Positions 17,318 to 26,855 of a stretch of 57,160 bases of DNA are shown here, piece after piece. The position numbers were made by a program, and so were the translations under genes. Origin of the DNA: an uncultured archaeon (GTDB lineage: Archaea > Aenigmatarchaeota > Aenigmatarchaeia > CG10238-14 > EX4484-224); assembly GCA_964524025.1 (NCBI GenBank), contig CAZGBT010000001.1, forward strand, positions 1 to 57,160, given 5' to 3'. Position 1 is the stretch's first letter, and each line of letters begins with the position of its first letter. Below the pieces are notes generated by a model. It was not told where the DNA came from. It saw only the letters and a program-made list of their open reading frames with translations, and did not search any database.

Positions 17318-18112
17318 ATGGTTACACGTATAGTAGTTTATAAAAAGCCAAAAGTTAAGAATCCAGTCTTTGTTGAGGGTCTGCCAGGTATAGGAAATGT
17401 TGGGAGGGTTGCGGCTGGTTATTTGGTAGAGGAATTAAAAGCAGAAAAGTTTGCTGAGCTTATCTCTGATCATTTTCTTCCTTTGGCTTTAACAAGAGAA
17501 GATTCAACTTTGCATTTATTAAAGGCTGAATTTTTCTACTGGAAAGCTAAGAGGAAAAATCAGAGAGATCTAATCCTGATGATAGGAGATAGTCAAAGCG
17601 TAGACCCACAAGGTCAATACGAAATAACTACAGAGATACTTAAATTCCTAAGGAAATTCAAAGTAAAAGAGATATTTACTCTTGGTGGGTTGAGTATTGG
17701 AGAGGAGGTTGAAAAACCTAAAGTTATAGGTTTAACCAACGACCCTTCTTTAGTTAAAAAATATTCAAAGTATGGCATAATTTTTGATACAGGAACTAGA
17801 GTTGGTTCTGTAGTCGGAATAGCTGGTTTGTTGATAGCTTTAGGCAAGTATTATGGAATGAAGGGGGTTTGCCTATTAGGTGAAACAGCAGGTTTACCTA
17901 TAATTCCAGACCATAAAAGTGCTGAAAGCGTTCTGAAAGTTCTCGTAAAAATATTGAACTTAAAAATAGACCTTACAAAGCTTGAGAAGAAGATAGAAAA
18001 TATGAAAGATTTCTTAAAGAAGATGAAAGAAGCACAAGCTAGAATTTTAAGCCAATTGCTTATTAAGCCAACGAGAAAAGTAGAAGAGGAAAGGCTAACC
18101 TACATAGGTTAG
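17318..18112 (+). CDS. PAC2-family proteasome assembly chaperone
   Basis: N-terminal motif (VFVEGLPGIGNVGRVAAGYLVEEL) is typical of archaeal PAC2/COG1938 proteins. Confidence 0.75.
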   Translation: MVTRIVVYKKPKVKNPVFVEGLPGIGNVGRVAAGYLVEELKAEKFAELISDHFLPLALTREDSTLHLLKAEFFYWKAKRKNQRDLILMIGDSQSVDPQGQYEITTEILKFLRKFKVKEIFTLGGLSIGEEVEKPKVIGLTNDPSLVKKYSKYGIIFDTGTRVGSVVGIAGLLIALGKYYGMKGVCLLGETAGLPIIPDHKSAESVLKVLVKILNLKIDLTKLEKKIENMKDFLKKMKEAQARILSQLLIKPTRKVEEERLTYIG

Positions 18113-18144
18113 CAATTTAAAATTAGCTTGATTATAAGTTTTTT

Positions 18145-18735
18145 ATGCCAAAGTTATTAATACCAAGAAACAAATACTTAGCTTCTGGAATACACATAGG
18201 GATGAAAAGGAAAACTAAGGGAATGAAGAAATTTATTTATAGAATTAGGCCAGACGGTCTTGCCATAATAGATTTGCAAAAAATAGACGAAAGAATAAGG
18301 GTTGCTGCAAAATTTTTGGCAAGATGTAAAAATATACTTCTAGCTACAAGAAAAGCAATAGCTTATGCTCCTTTTAAAAAGCTCGGTGAAATAATAGGAG
18401 CTAAGGTCGTTACTGGTAGGTTCTTGCCAGGTACTTTAACCAATCCTCAGCTAGATGAATTTTGCGAGCCAGATGTAATTCTGATATCCGATCCGATAAT
18501 AGACGATCAAGCTTTAACAGAGGCTGTAAAGGCAAGGGTTCCTATAGTAGCATTTTGCAATACAGTTCATGAAATTAATAATTTAGACCTTATAATACCA
18601 ATGAATAATCAATCCAAAAAATCGATAGCTTTAGCTTGTTGGCTTTTAGCTAGGGAAATTCTGAAAGAAAGAGGGAAGATCAAAAGCTATAAGGAATTTA
18701 AGTATAGTTTAGAAGATTTTCTTAAGGAAGAATAG
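18145..18735 (+). CDS. rps2: 30S ribosomal protein S2 (uS2)
   Basis: Motifs (LLASGIHIGMK, GRFLPGTLTNP, ISDPIIDDQALTEA...VPIVAFCNT) are typical of archaeal uS2. Confidence 0.85.
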   Translation: MPKLLIPRNKYLASGIHIGMKRKTKGMKKFIYRIRPDGLAIIDLQKIDERIRVAAKFLARCKNILLATRKAIAYAPFKKLGEIIGAKVVTGRFLPGTLTNPQLDEFCEPDVILISDPIIDDQALTEAVKARVPIVAFCNTVHEINNLDLIIPMNNQSKKSIALACWLLAREILKERGKIKSYKEFKYSLEDFLKEE

Positions 18736-18817
18736 CTTTTAATATAGATGTGCTTCGATGAAAATAAATTTAAACTAAAAATCCTTTTTAATTCATATCA
18801 ATAATTCTAATCGGAGC

Positions 18818-21800
18818 ATGGTAAAGTTGGAAAGCGAAATAGAAGAATACAAGATTGAGATAAAGACTTGGATAAAAAAAATTAGGAAGAGAGACGGAAG
18901 AATAGTAGATTTTGACCCATCGAGAATAGCTAATGCAATTTGGAAGGCTGCAAAAGCAGTTGGCGGTAAAGATAAGAGAAGACCTTGGGAACTTGCAAAA
19001 CAAGTTGTTGAGTTATTGGAAAAAAAGCTGAAACCTGGTGAAATACCGAGTGTTGAGCAAGTTCAAGATCTAGTAGAAAAGGTTTTGGTCGAAAATGGTC
19101 ATTATAAAACTGCTAAAGCTTATATACTTTACAGACAAAAAAGGGCCGAGGCAAGGAAAGCTTGCGCAATTTTAGGCGTAAAAGACGACTTAAAACTTCC
19201 TTTAAATACTATAGTTATTTTAGCAGCTCGCTATTTGCTAAGGGATGAAAATAGGAATATAATAGAAACACCAAGTCAGCTTTTTAGAAGAGTTGCTAGA
19301 GCAATAGCTGAAGTAGAAAAACGATATGGTAAATCTGACGAATACGTTAAAGAATTGGAAGAGAAGTTTTACGAATTAATGACCTCTTTTAAGTTCCTCC
19401 CCAATTCTCCTACTCTTATGAACGCAGGAACTGGTAAGAATTTAACTTTAAGTGCATGTTTTGTTATTCCGATAGAAGACGATATGGAAAGTATTTTTGA
19501 AGCGTTAAAAACGATGGCTCTAGTACAGAAGGCAGGTGGTGGATGCATAGATGGGAAAGCAAAAATAGTTTTTGAAAACGATTCTGAATTTCATGTTTTA
19601 TCGCTAGAAGATTTTTATCAAAAATACAAAGGAAATGAGTTTTACGATGCAAAATATGATAGGTATGGTATTGACGTTAGGAATAAAAATATTTATGTTT
19701 ACTCCTTTGACCCTAAAAGGAAAAGAGTTGTTAAAGGTAAAGTGCAATTCATCTGGAAGTATATATTAGGCGAGAACGTTAAAAAGTTTTCAATCATAAC
19801 TAAGAAGGGAACTAGAATAATAACATCGCCTTGGCATCCATTTTTTGTTTTAACACCAAACTTTGAGATAATTCAAAAAAGAGCTGATGAGCTACAGAAA
19901 AACGATATGATCATAGGCTCCTTACCGATAGAAGAAATAGGTTTTAATTTCGATTATTGGCTTTTAGGTTTTATAACTGGAGATGGTTGTATAGGCAAGT
20001 ACAAGAATAAAAATTACGAGACTTGTAGGATAAGAATTTACGATAATGTAAAAGAAACTTTAGAAAAGATAAATGCGCATTTGGAAAGGAAATTTGGGAA
20101 GAAGTATGCAATTCAGAAAGATAGGAATATATTCTACATAGATATTAAAACACCAAAAGTTACTTCTTACTATTTAAAGTTGAAAAAGAAGGTTTTCAAG
20201 AATAAAATCTCAGCCCTTTCATTCATCGCTGGTTTATTTGATGCAGAAGGTTACGTTGGGAAGAAACCTTCTCTTCAACTTTCAACTGTCAAAAAAAGTT
20301 TGATGGAGAAAATAGCCTATTTGTTAAATTCTTTAGGAATAAAGGCTAGAATAAGGGAGAAGAAAAGAAAGGACGGAAAAGATTATGTAATACATATAGA
20401 AGAATACAGTGCAATCTTAAGGTTTTATGAACTAATAGGGAAACATTTGCAAAGAGAAGATAAGAAAAAGAAGTTAGTTTCAATACTAAGAAAAAGCAAG
20501 GGAGGATCTTTCGGTTTGCCTTTAAATTTTGAGGAATTTAAAAAGATAATGTCAAGATTTGGTGTTAGTTTTAAAACTAATGGCAACCAAACTTTAGCTA
20601 TTTTTAAGAACAAAAAGCTGTCGCTAGGTCAATGGCATAAAAGAGGGGTTGTTGCAAAATCTACTCTAGTAAGATTTTTAAAAGAAATAGAAGGGAATGT
20701 AATGGAAATTAAAAATTTGAGAAAGCTTATAGAATCTGTTGAAACTGTTAAGTCGATTTCTGCTAATACTGCTAAAGCAATCTTTTATGATTTGACGGTT
20801 AAAGACTACCAAAATTATTTAGCAGGAGATGGTGGTTTGGTTTTTATCCATAATACTGGATTTGATTTTTCGAAATTAAGACCTAGAGGAGATGTTGTAA
20901 AATCTACAGGAGGCATAGCTTCGGGACCAATTTCTTTTATGAAAATTTTCGATGCAGCAACTGAACAAATAAAACAAGGCGGAAAGCGTCGTGGAGCTAA
21001 CATGGGAATTTTAAGAGTAGATCATCCAGACATTCTTGATTTTATAGTTTGTAAGGAAAGAGAAGGAGAATTGAGGAATTTCAACATCTCGGTTGCTGTT
21101 ACAGACGATTTCATGAGGGCGGTCGAAAGAGACGAAGAAATAGACCTTATAAACCCAAGAACCAAAAAGCCAGTTAAAAGGATAAAAGCCAGAGTTATTT
21201 GGAATTTAATGGCAACTATGGCTTGGAAGAATGGAGAACCAGGAATTATATTTATAGATACAATAAACAAATACAATCCAACTCCGCATGTTGGAAGAAT
21301 CGAAGCAACTAACCCATGTGGAGAACAACCTCTTTTACCCTATGAAAGCTGCAATTTGGGTTCAATCAATCTTTCGAAATTCGTCGAAGACGGTAAGATA
21401 AAGTGGGAAGAATTAAGAGAAACTGTTAGGTTAGCTGTTAGGTTTTTGGATAACGTGATAGATGCAAATTCCTATCCAATACCAGAAATAGAAAAAGCAA
21501 CAAAGGCTAACAGAAAAATTGGTTTGGGTGTTATGGGATTTGCAGATATGCTAATTAAACTTGGAATTCCTTACAACTCAGAGAAAGCCTTAGAAATTGC
21601 AGAAAAGGTTATGAAATTTATAAGCGAGGAAGCGAGAAAGATGAGTGTTGAATTAGGGAAGGAGAAAGGAAACTTCCCAAACTTTAAAGGGAGCACCTGG
21701 GAGAAGAAAGGTTATAAGTATATGAGAAATGCTACAGTAACAACTATAGCTCCAACTGGTACTATAAGCGAAATAGCCGGTTGTTCTCAAGGTATAGAGC

Positions 21801-22267
21801 CTTTATTTGCTATTGCTTACGTTAGAAATGTAAAGGAAAGTTTGGGTTACGATTTGACTGTTATAAATCCTTTATTTGAAATGATAGCTATTCAAAGGGG
21901 TTTCTATTCAGACGAACTTATAAAAAAGATAGCAAGGAGTACTTCTATTCAGCATATAAAAGAAATACCAGAAGATGTTAGAAGGATTTTTGTTACAGCT
22001 TTAGACATAGCACCAGAATGGCATGTTAGGATGCAAGCAGCATTTCAGAAATATACAGATAATGCAGTAAGCAAAACTGTTAATTTACCTTATGACGCAA
22101 CACCAGAGGATGTTGAAAGGATATTTATGCTTGCCTGGAAACTTGGTTGTAAAGGGATTACTGTTTATAGGTTTGGCAGCAGAAAAGTGCAAGTTATAAA
22201 GACGCTTGCAGAAGGAGGCCCTATTACTCCTGAAAGTTTTTCGAGGTGTCCAAGCTGTGAGTTATGA
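18818..22267 (+). CDS. nrdJ: adenosylcobalamin-dependent (class II) ribonucleotide reductase with N-terminal ATP-cone, interrupted by an intein
   Basis: ATP-cone ([23 protein letters not shown]). Motifs [17 protein letters not shown]|...|[13 protein letters not shown]...[16 protein letters not shown]...[10 protein letters not shown]-terminal Cys pair (CPSCEL). Confidence 0.8.
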   Translation: MVKLESEIEEYKIEIKTWIKKIRKRDGRIVDFDPSRIANAIWKAAKAVGGKDKRRPWELAKQVVELLEKKLKPGEIPSVEQVQDLVEKVLVENGHYKTAKAYILYRQKRAEARKACAILGVKDDLKLPLNTIVILAARYLLRDENRNIIETPSQLFRRVARAIAEVEKRYGKSDEYVKELEEKFYELMTSFKFLPNSPTLMNAGTGKNLTLSACFVIPIEDDMESIFEALKTMALVQKAGGGCIDGKAKIVFENDSEFHVLSLEDFYQKYKGNEFYDAKYDRYGIDVRNKNIYVYSFDPKRKRVVKGKVQFIWKYILGENVKKFSIITKKGTRIITSPWHPFFVLTPNFEIIQKRADELQKNDMIIGSLPIEEIGFNFDYWLLGFITGDGCIGKYKNKNYETCRIRIYDNVKETLEKINAHLERKFGKKYAIQKDRNIFYIDIKTPKVTSYYLKLKKKVFKNKISALSFIAGLFDAEGYVGKKPSLQLSTVKKSLMEKIAYLLNSLGIKARIREKKRKDGKDYVIHIEEYSAILRFYELIGKHLQREDKKKKLVSILRKSKGGSFGLPLNFEEFKKIMSRFGVSFKTNGNQTLAIFKNKKLSLGQWHKRGVVAKSTLVRFLKEIEGNVMEIKNLRKLIESVETVKSISANTAKAIFYDLTVKDYQNYLAGDGGLVFIHNTGFDFSKLRPRGDVVKSTGGIASGPISFMKIFDAATEQIKQGGKRRGANMGILRVDHPDILDFIVCKEREGELRNFNISVAVTDDFMRAVERDEEIDLINPRTKKPVKRIKARVIWNLMATMAWKNGEPGIIFIDTINKYNPTPHVGRIEATNPCGEQPLLPYESCNLGSINLSKFVEDGKIKWEELRETVRLAVRFLDNVIDANSYPIPEIEKATKANRKIGLGVMGFADMLIKLGIPYNSEKALEIAEKVMKFISEEARKMSVELGKEKGNFPNFKGSTWEKKGYKYMRNATVTTIAPTGTISEIAGCSQGIEPLFAIAYVRNVKESLGYDLTVINPLFEMIAIQRGFYSDELIKKIARSTSIQHIKEIPEDVRRIFVTALDIAPEWHVRMQAAFQKYTDNAVSKTVNLPYDATPEDVERIFMLAWKLGCKGITVYRFGSRKVQVIKTLAEGGPITPESFSRCPSCEL
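19544..20854 (+). mobile_element. intein (437 aa) with LAGLIDADG homing-endonuclease domain inside nrdJ
   Basis: It starts with Cys (CIDGKAKIV) right after the extein KAGGG and ends VFIHN, followed by +1 Thr ([10 protein letters not shown]). It has two LAGLIDADG motifs ([11 protein letters not shown]; [12 protein letters not shown]) and a block-B-like TSPWHPFF. Removing it restores the conserved GGGTGFDFS extein motif. Confidence 0.85.
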
Positions 22268-22348
22268 AGATTTAGATGTTTGGGTTCCTAAAAGGAAGAA
22301 GAAAAAGTATAAGAGTTATAAGAAGGGTTTTGGAAGAAAATATAAAAG

Positions 22349-22675
22349 GTGGCAGAAATGGAAAGAAAAAGAAGTTTAGTTTTTATTTATTCCACCTTTC
22401 CTACTATTAAAGATGCAAAAAAGATTGGAGAAATTCTAGTTAATGAAAAATTAGCGGCTTGTGTAAACATATTTAAATTAAATAGCATCTTTAGATGGAA
22501 AGGGAAGATCGAAAGAACAAAAGAATTTGGAGTATTTTTTAAAACTTTGCCAGAAAAGGAAAAAGCAGTAAGGAAAAGGATAAAGGAATTACACCCATAC
22601 GAAGTTCCGTGTATCCTAAGTTTTAAGGTTAAAGCTAGTAAGCAGTTTTGGGAATGGGTTAGAGGTGAAATTTAA
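22349..22675 (+). CDS. cutA: divalent-cation tolerance protein CutA
   Basis: Motif (EKLAACVNI...W.GKIE...E) and size are typical of CutA1. The start is GTG at 22349 or, more likely, ATG at 22358. Confidence 0.8.
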   Translation: MAEMERKRSLVFIYSTFPTIKDAKKIGEILVNEKLAACVNIFKLNSIFRWKGKIERTKEFGVFFKTLPEKEKAVRKRIKELHPYEVPCILSFKVKASKQFWEWVRGEI

Positions 22676-23238
22676 TGGGTTATATTTATCTTTACACAGG
22701 AAACGGAGCTGGTAAGACTACTAATGCCCTAGGTTTGGCTTTAAGGTGCGTAGGACATAAGAAAAAAGTTGTAATAATTCAGTTCATGAAATGGTGGAAG
22801 AATATCGGAGAATATAAGATAAGAAATAGGTTAAAACCTTACTATGAAATTTATCAGTTCGGAAGGCCTGGTTGGCTAAAGATAAGGCCTAGCAGAAAAA
22901 AAGTAGTAAAGATAAATAGCATGAAATTTAAGGTAAGGAAAATTGAAGAGTTTGATAAAAAAGCTTGCAAAAAAGCCTTAGAATTCGCTAGAAAAATTGT
23001 AAAAAAGAAAAGACCCCATCTTTTGGTTCTAGACGAAATTAATTTGGCAATTCATTGCGGCCTTTTAGACGTTGAGGAAGTTCTGAAATTTTTGGATGAA
23101 ATACCAGAAGAAACGCACGTCGTTCTAACTGGAAGATATGCACCAAAGGAATTAATAGAAAGGGCAGATTTTGTAAACGAGATTAATGTTATAAAAATGC
23201 CTAAAAAATTAATTGCGACCGAAGGAATACAATATTAA
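22675..23238 (+). CDS. cobA: ATP:cob(I)alamin adenosyltransferase (CobA/CobO/BtuR type)
   Basis: P-loop and family motifs (IYLYTGNGAGKTTNALGLALRCVGHKKKVVIIQFMK; LLVLDEINLAI; VLTGR.AP.ELIE.AD.V.E). Confidence 0.8.
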   Translation: MGYIYLYTGNGAGKTTNALGLALRCVGHKKKVVIIQFMKWWKNIGEYKIRNRLKPYYEIYQFGRPGWLKIRPSRKKVVKINSMKFKVRKIEEFDKKACKKALEFARKIVKKKRPHLLVLDEINLAIHCGLLDVEEVLKFLDEIPEETHVVLTGRYAPKELIERADFVNEINVIKMPKKLIATEGIQY

Positions 23239-23246
23239 GTGAGAAT

Positions 23247-23426
23247 ATGGCAAGGCCTGTCGTGGATCAGGAAAAATGTATAGGTTGTGGAACTTGTGTT
23301 GCTTTATGCCCAGAGGTATTTGACCTAAACAAAGAAGGAAAATCTTATGTAAAAAATCCAGAAGGAAAATGTAACCTAAAAGAAGTAGTGGAAGCTTGTC
23401 CAGTTGGCGCTATAAAGCTCGAGTGA
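23247..23426 (+). CDS. small 4Fe-4S ferredoxin (59 aa)
   Basis: Hand-translated: MARPVVDQEKCIGCGTCVALCPEVFDLNKEGKSYVKNPEGKCNLKEVVEACPVGAIKLE. It has CxxCxxC...CP plus a distal CP motif. It falls below the ORF-track length cutoff. Confidence 0.75.
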   Translation: MARPVVDQEKCIGCGTCVALCPEVFDLNKEGKSYVKNPEGKCNLKEVVEACPVGAIKLE

Positions 23427-23942
23427 TTAAACAAACTTTACTATTTCGCTTAACCTTTTTCTTCCTGTTTTTTCTGGTTTTTCTTTCGGATAACCTATAG
23501 GTAAGATAGCTATTGGCACTAAATTTTTTGGTATTCCCATAACTCTTCTTACAGAATCTTCGTCAAAAGCGCCAACCCAGCAAGTTGCTAATCCCAATTC
23601 ATAGCAAGCTAACATAGCGAAAGTTGCAGCTATAGTAGCATCTTGTAAAGAGTAAAGTCTTCTCCCCCTTTCTCCATAATAAATTCCAGATTCTTCAGGA
23701 TTCGCACAGAATACAAGAACTACTGGAGCTTCAGCTATAAATTTTTGTCCGAATGCAGCTATTGCAAGCTTCTTCTTTTTTTCCCTATCTTTAGTTATGT
23801 AAATCCTATAAGCCTGGAGATTTCCTGCTGAAGGAGCAGAATTGGCGGCCTTTAATATTTTCTCCAATTTTTCGTCTTCGACATCTTTACTTAAATAAGA
23901 TCTAACCGATCTTCTTTTTTCAATTAACTCAAAAAATTCCAT
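23427..23942 (-). CDS. nitroreductase-family oxidoreductase
   Basis: Motifs IEKRRSVRSYLSKDV and ILKAANSAPSAGNLQAYRIYI. I chose the internal ATG at 23942 (MEFFELIEKRRS...), giving a typical 171-aa protein. The track start at 24116 adds a low-complexity N-extension that overlaps the next gene. Confidence 0.75.
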   Translation of the reverse strand: MEFFELIEKRRSVRSYLSKDVEDEKLEKILKAANSAPSAGNLQAYRIYITKDREKKKKLAIAAFGQKFIAEAPVVLVFCANPEESGIYYGERGRRLYSLQDATIAATFAMLACYELGLATCWVGAFDEDSVRRVMGIPKNLVPIAILPIGYPKEKPEKTGRKRLSEIVKFV

Positions 23943-23976
23943 AAACTTTTTATCATTCAAAGATTTTTTATAATAA

Positions 23977-24660
23977 ATGTCCATTCCTACTCTTAAGTCA
24001 CCCGTTGAACAAGAACTTGAAAAATTAAAGGAATTGTGTGGATATAGAGAAGATATAGTTAGGAAATTGGAAAAATGTTGTTTGCGCTTGTATGAAGTTG
24101 GGGAAATAGTAGGCATTCATCCTTTAATGATTTTAGATATAGCTTATATTTTGCTAAAGCAAAATCCAGAAATAGAAATTAAGGTTGAGCATTACGTTGG
24201 TTCTGGAAAGAAAAGGGTAAGAACGGATGTTTATGCAGAGATTGGAAATAAAACAGCTATTTATGAGATAGAGACTTTCAACTCATGTTTTGCTTTTATA
24301 GAAATAGGCAAAACTCCTGATGGAAGAAGGATATTTTATGAATTACTTCCACAGGAGGTTATAGAAATTAGGCTTGGAAGCAAAGCAGCTAGGTATAGCA
24401 GGTATGCCGATAAATTTTCTTTTGTAATACCAAGTTCTAAAAAAATGGAAATACTTAAATCCAAAGCTATTAAGTTTCTTCAAACACCCCTTGAAAAGAG
24501 GAAGAAAAAAGATTGCAGAGAATTGCTACGTCTTATAAACTTAGTTTATAGAAATCCTCCTGTATCTTTTGATGAGCTGATGGGTGCTAAGTTGGATGGA
24601 TTGATTTTTCTTGATTTAAAAACGTTGGCTTACGAAGCAATAGGAGAACCTTTTCTTTAA
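23977..24660 (+). CDS. hypothetical protein, possibly PD-(D/E)xK nuclease-fold
   Basis: The segment RTDVYAEIGNKTAIYEIET resembles a D...E.K/E-x-E restriction-endonuclease-like core. No family recognised with confidence. Confidence 0.35.
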   Translation: MSIPTLKSPVEQELEKLKELCGYREDIVRKLEKCCLRLYEVGEIVGIHPLMILDIAYILLKQNPEIEIKVEHYVGSGKKRVRTDVYAEIGNKTAIYEIETFNSCFAFIEIGKTPDGRRIFYELLPQEVIEIRLGSKAARYSRYADKFSFVIPSSKKMEILKSKAIKFLQTPLEKRKKKDCRELLRLINLVYRNPPVSFDELMGAKLDGLIFLDLKTLAYEAIGEPFL

Positions 24661-24678
24661 GGAAATGTAAAGATTTTT

Positions 24679-25698
24679 ATGAAAGAAGCTCTTCTATGGA
24701 AAAAAGAAAACAATAAAGTAAGGTGCAATTTATGCGCTAGAAGGTGTTTAATACCTGAAGGCAAAACTGGTTTTTGTTTGGTAAGAAAAAATATCAATGG
24801 CAAACTTTTTTCGTTAAATTATGGTAAATTGGTTGCTGCTGATGTAGATCCTATAGAGAAAAAACCTTTATTTCATTTTTTACCAGGAAGCTATGCATTT
24901 TCGATAGCTGCAGCTGGATGCAACTATTGCTGCTCTTATTGTTGTAATTGGTATATTAGCCAAGTTTATAGAGATAAAAGAAGCCAGGAAGTTGTTGGAG
25001 AGGAATATACTAGTGAAGAAATAGTAAAACTTGCTTTAGAAAATGGCTGCAAGTCAATAAGTTATACTTATACAGAGCCAACTATATTTTTTGAGTTTGC
25101 CTACGATACTGCAAAGCTAGCGCATAAGGAAGGTTTGAAAAATACTTTTGTAACTAATGGTTACATGACTCCAGAGGCTGTGAAACATATAGCAAAATAT
25201 TTAGATGCAGCAACTGTAGATTTTAAAGGGAATGCTGACCCAAAGTTTTACTTGAAATTTGCAAAAGTTCCTTCGGTTGAACCAATTTTTGAATGTCTTA
25301 AAGAGATGAAAAGAAACAAAATTTTTATAGAAATAACTAATTTAGTTGTTCCAAAATTTGGTGAGAAAGAGGAAAGTTTTAGAAAATTGGTAAGATGGAT
25401 AATAGATGAATTAGGACCAGAAACACCTTTCCACATTTTAAGATTTTTGCCTAATTATAGAGTTTTGGATTGGCAACCTACTCCTGTAAAACTTTTGGAT
25501 AAATTTTGGAAAATAGCTAAGGAGGAAGGTTTAATTTTTGTTTATATAGGAAACGTTCCAGGTTATAAGGAAAATACTTATTGTCCAAAATGTGGCGAAT
25601 TGCTAATAGAAAGATTTGGAGTTTCAGCTTTAAGTATTAACTTAAAAAATGGAAAATGTCCAAAGTGTGGCTTTAAATTGCATGGAGTTTTTGCTTAG
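24679..25698 (+). CDS. AmmeMemoRadiSam-system radical SAM enzyme (PflA-like activase family)
   Basis: N-terminal Cys motif (CNLCARRCLIPEGKTGFCLVRKN), DPIEKKPLFHFLPGS, a radical SAM cluster motif (GCNYCCSYCCNW) and a C-terminal zinc ribbon (CPKCG...CPKCG). Confidence 0.8.
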   Translation: MKEALLWKKENNKVRCNLCARRCLIPEGKTGFCLVRKNINGKLFSLNYGKLVAADVDPIEKKPLFHFLPGSYAFSIAAAGCNYCCSYCCNWYISQVYRDKRSQEVVGEEYTSEEIVKLALENGCKSISYTYTEPTIFFEFAYDTAKLAHKEGLKNTFVTNGYMTPEAVKHIAKYLDAATVDFKGNADPKFYLKFAKVPSVEPIFECLKEMKRNKIFIEITNLVVPKFGEKEESFRKLVRWIIDELGPETPFHILRFLPNYRVLDWQPTPVKLLDKFWKIAKEEGLIFVYIGNVPGYKENTYCPKCGELLIERFGVSALSINLKNGKCPKCGFKLHGVFA

Positions 25699-26804
25699 TT
25701 CTTTTCTTTCATAGCTTCGAGTACCCTTTCTTTTGCTATACTAACTGCAACTTTTCTTGGAGATTCATCTCTCTTTTTGGCTTCTTCCAGAACTAGCCTA
25801 ACGTTTTTCTTTATTTTTTGCTCTACTAATTTCCACATTTTTTCTTCGCCATAGCCCATATATTCAACGTAGCTTGAAATAACACCGCCTGCATTTGCTA
25901 CAAAATCTGGAACTACCCAAATACCTTTTTTATGCAAAATTTCTTCGAATTCTGGTTTTGCTGGTATGTTAGAAGCTTCCACTATAAGCTTTGCTTCTAT
26001 TTTTCCTACGTTTTTTTCGTTTATAACGTCTGGCAAAGCAGCTGGTATTAAGATATCTACAGGTAGTGTGAAAAGATGCTCGGTCGAAAAAACTTCGCCA
26101 GGTTTGTAATTTATTACGCTTCCAGTTTCTCTTTTGATTTTAATTAATCTAGGTATATCTATACCATCTTTATTGTATAAAGTACCTTTGCTATCGCTTA
26201 CAGCAACTATTTTTGCACCCTCTTCATATAGGTATTTAGCTATCGAAGATCCTACATTTCCAAAACCTTCTATTGCAACTGTGCATTCGTCGAGCTTTAA
26301 CCCAATAAATTCGGCTGCAACTTTCGTTGCATGAAACACGCCAAAGCCTGTTGAGCCAAGTTCATGGGGTAATCCACCTAAATCTTTAGGTTTTCCCGTA
26401 CAACTATTCAAATTCTTATTACCTTCTACAAGCCATCTCATTTCTTCTGCTCCAGTTCCCATATCAGGAGCTCCTATATACATCTCTGGAGCAATACCCC
26501 TTAAAGCTCTTCCAAAGGCTCTCATTAAAGCTCTTTTTTTCTCTTTATCCATCTTAGGGTTGGCCTTTATTCCTGCTTTTGCTCCACCAAATGGCAACTC
26601 AGCCATTGCACATTTCCAAGTCATAGTTCTCGCTAGTCTAAAAACTTCAAAAACTGTAATCGTTGGTGATATCCTTATGCCACCCTTTCCAGGACCTAAA
26701 GCGGTATTATCTATTACAACAACTCCTTTTAAGTTAACTCTTGGATCATAGACCTCTATTATTTTTTCCGGCCCTATTTCGTCGCCAAAAGTTTCTACGT
26801 TCAT
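25695..26804 (-). CDS. Glu/Leu/Phe/Val-family amino-acid dehydrogenase (glutamate dehydrogenase-like)
   Basis: Catalytic Lys motif (GPGKGGIRISP), the GGAKAGI motif, and a Rossmann GFGNVGS. Confidence 0.8.
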   Translation of the reverse strand: MNVETFGDEIGPEKIIEVYDPRVNLKGVVVIDNTALGPGKGGIRISPTITVFEVFRLARTMTWKCAMAELPFGGAKAGIKANPKMDKEKKRALMRAFGRALRGIAPEMYIGAPDMGTGAEEMRWLVEGNKNLNSCTGKPKDLGGLPHELGSTGFGVFHATKVAAEFIGLKLDECTVAIEGFGNVGSSIAKYLYEEGAKIVAVSDSKGTLYNKDGIDIPRLIKIKRETGSVINYKPGEVFSTEHLFTLPVDILIPAALPDVINEKNVGKIEAKLIVEASNIPAKPEFEEILHKKGIWVVPDFVANAGGVISSYVEYMGYGEEKMWKLVEQKIKKNVRLVLEEAKKRDESPRKVAVSIAKERVLEAMKEKN

Positions 26805-26855
26805 GACAATTCATAATAGTGGCAGAAATAAATTTTTTTCTTTTATTTACTAATC

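Noticed and set aside
22257-22379. Very basic 40-aa ORF (GTG start; ...VWVPKRKKKKYKSYKKGFGRKYKRWQKWKEKEV) between nrdJ and cutA
   Set aside because: Lys-rich translations arise easily from A-rich spacer DNA. The ORF overlaps both the nrdJ stop region and the cutA start, and it has no recognisable family. It would only be worth revisiting if ribosome profiling or conservation supports it.
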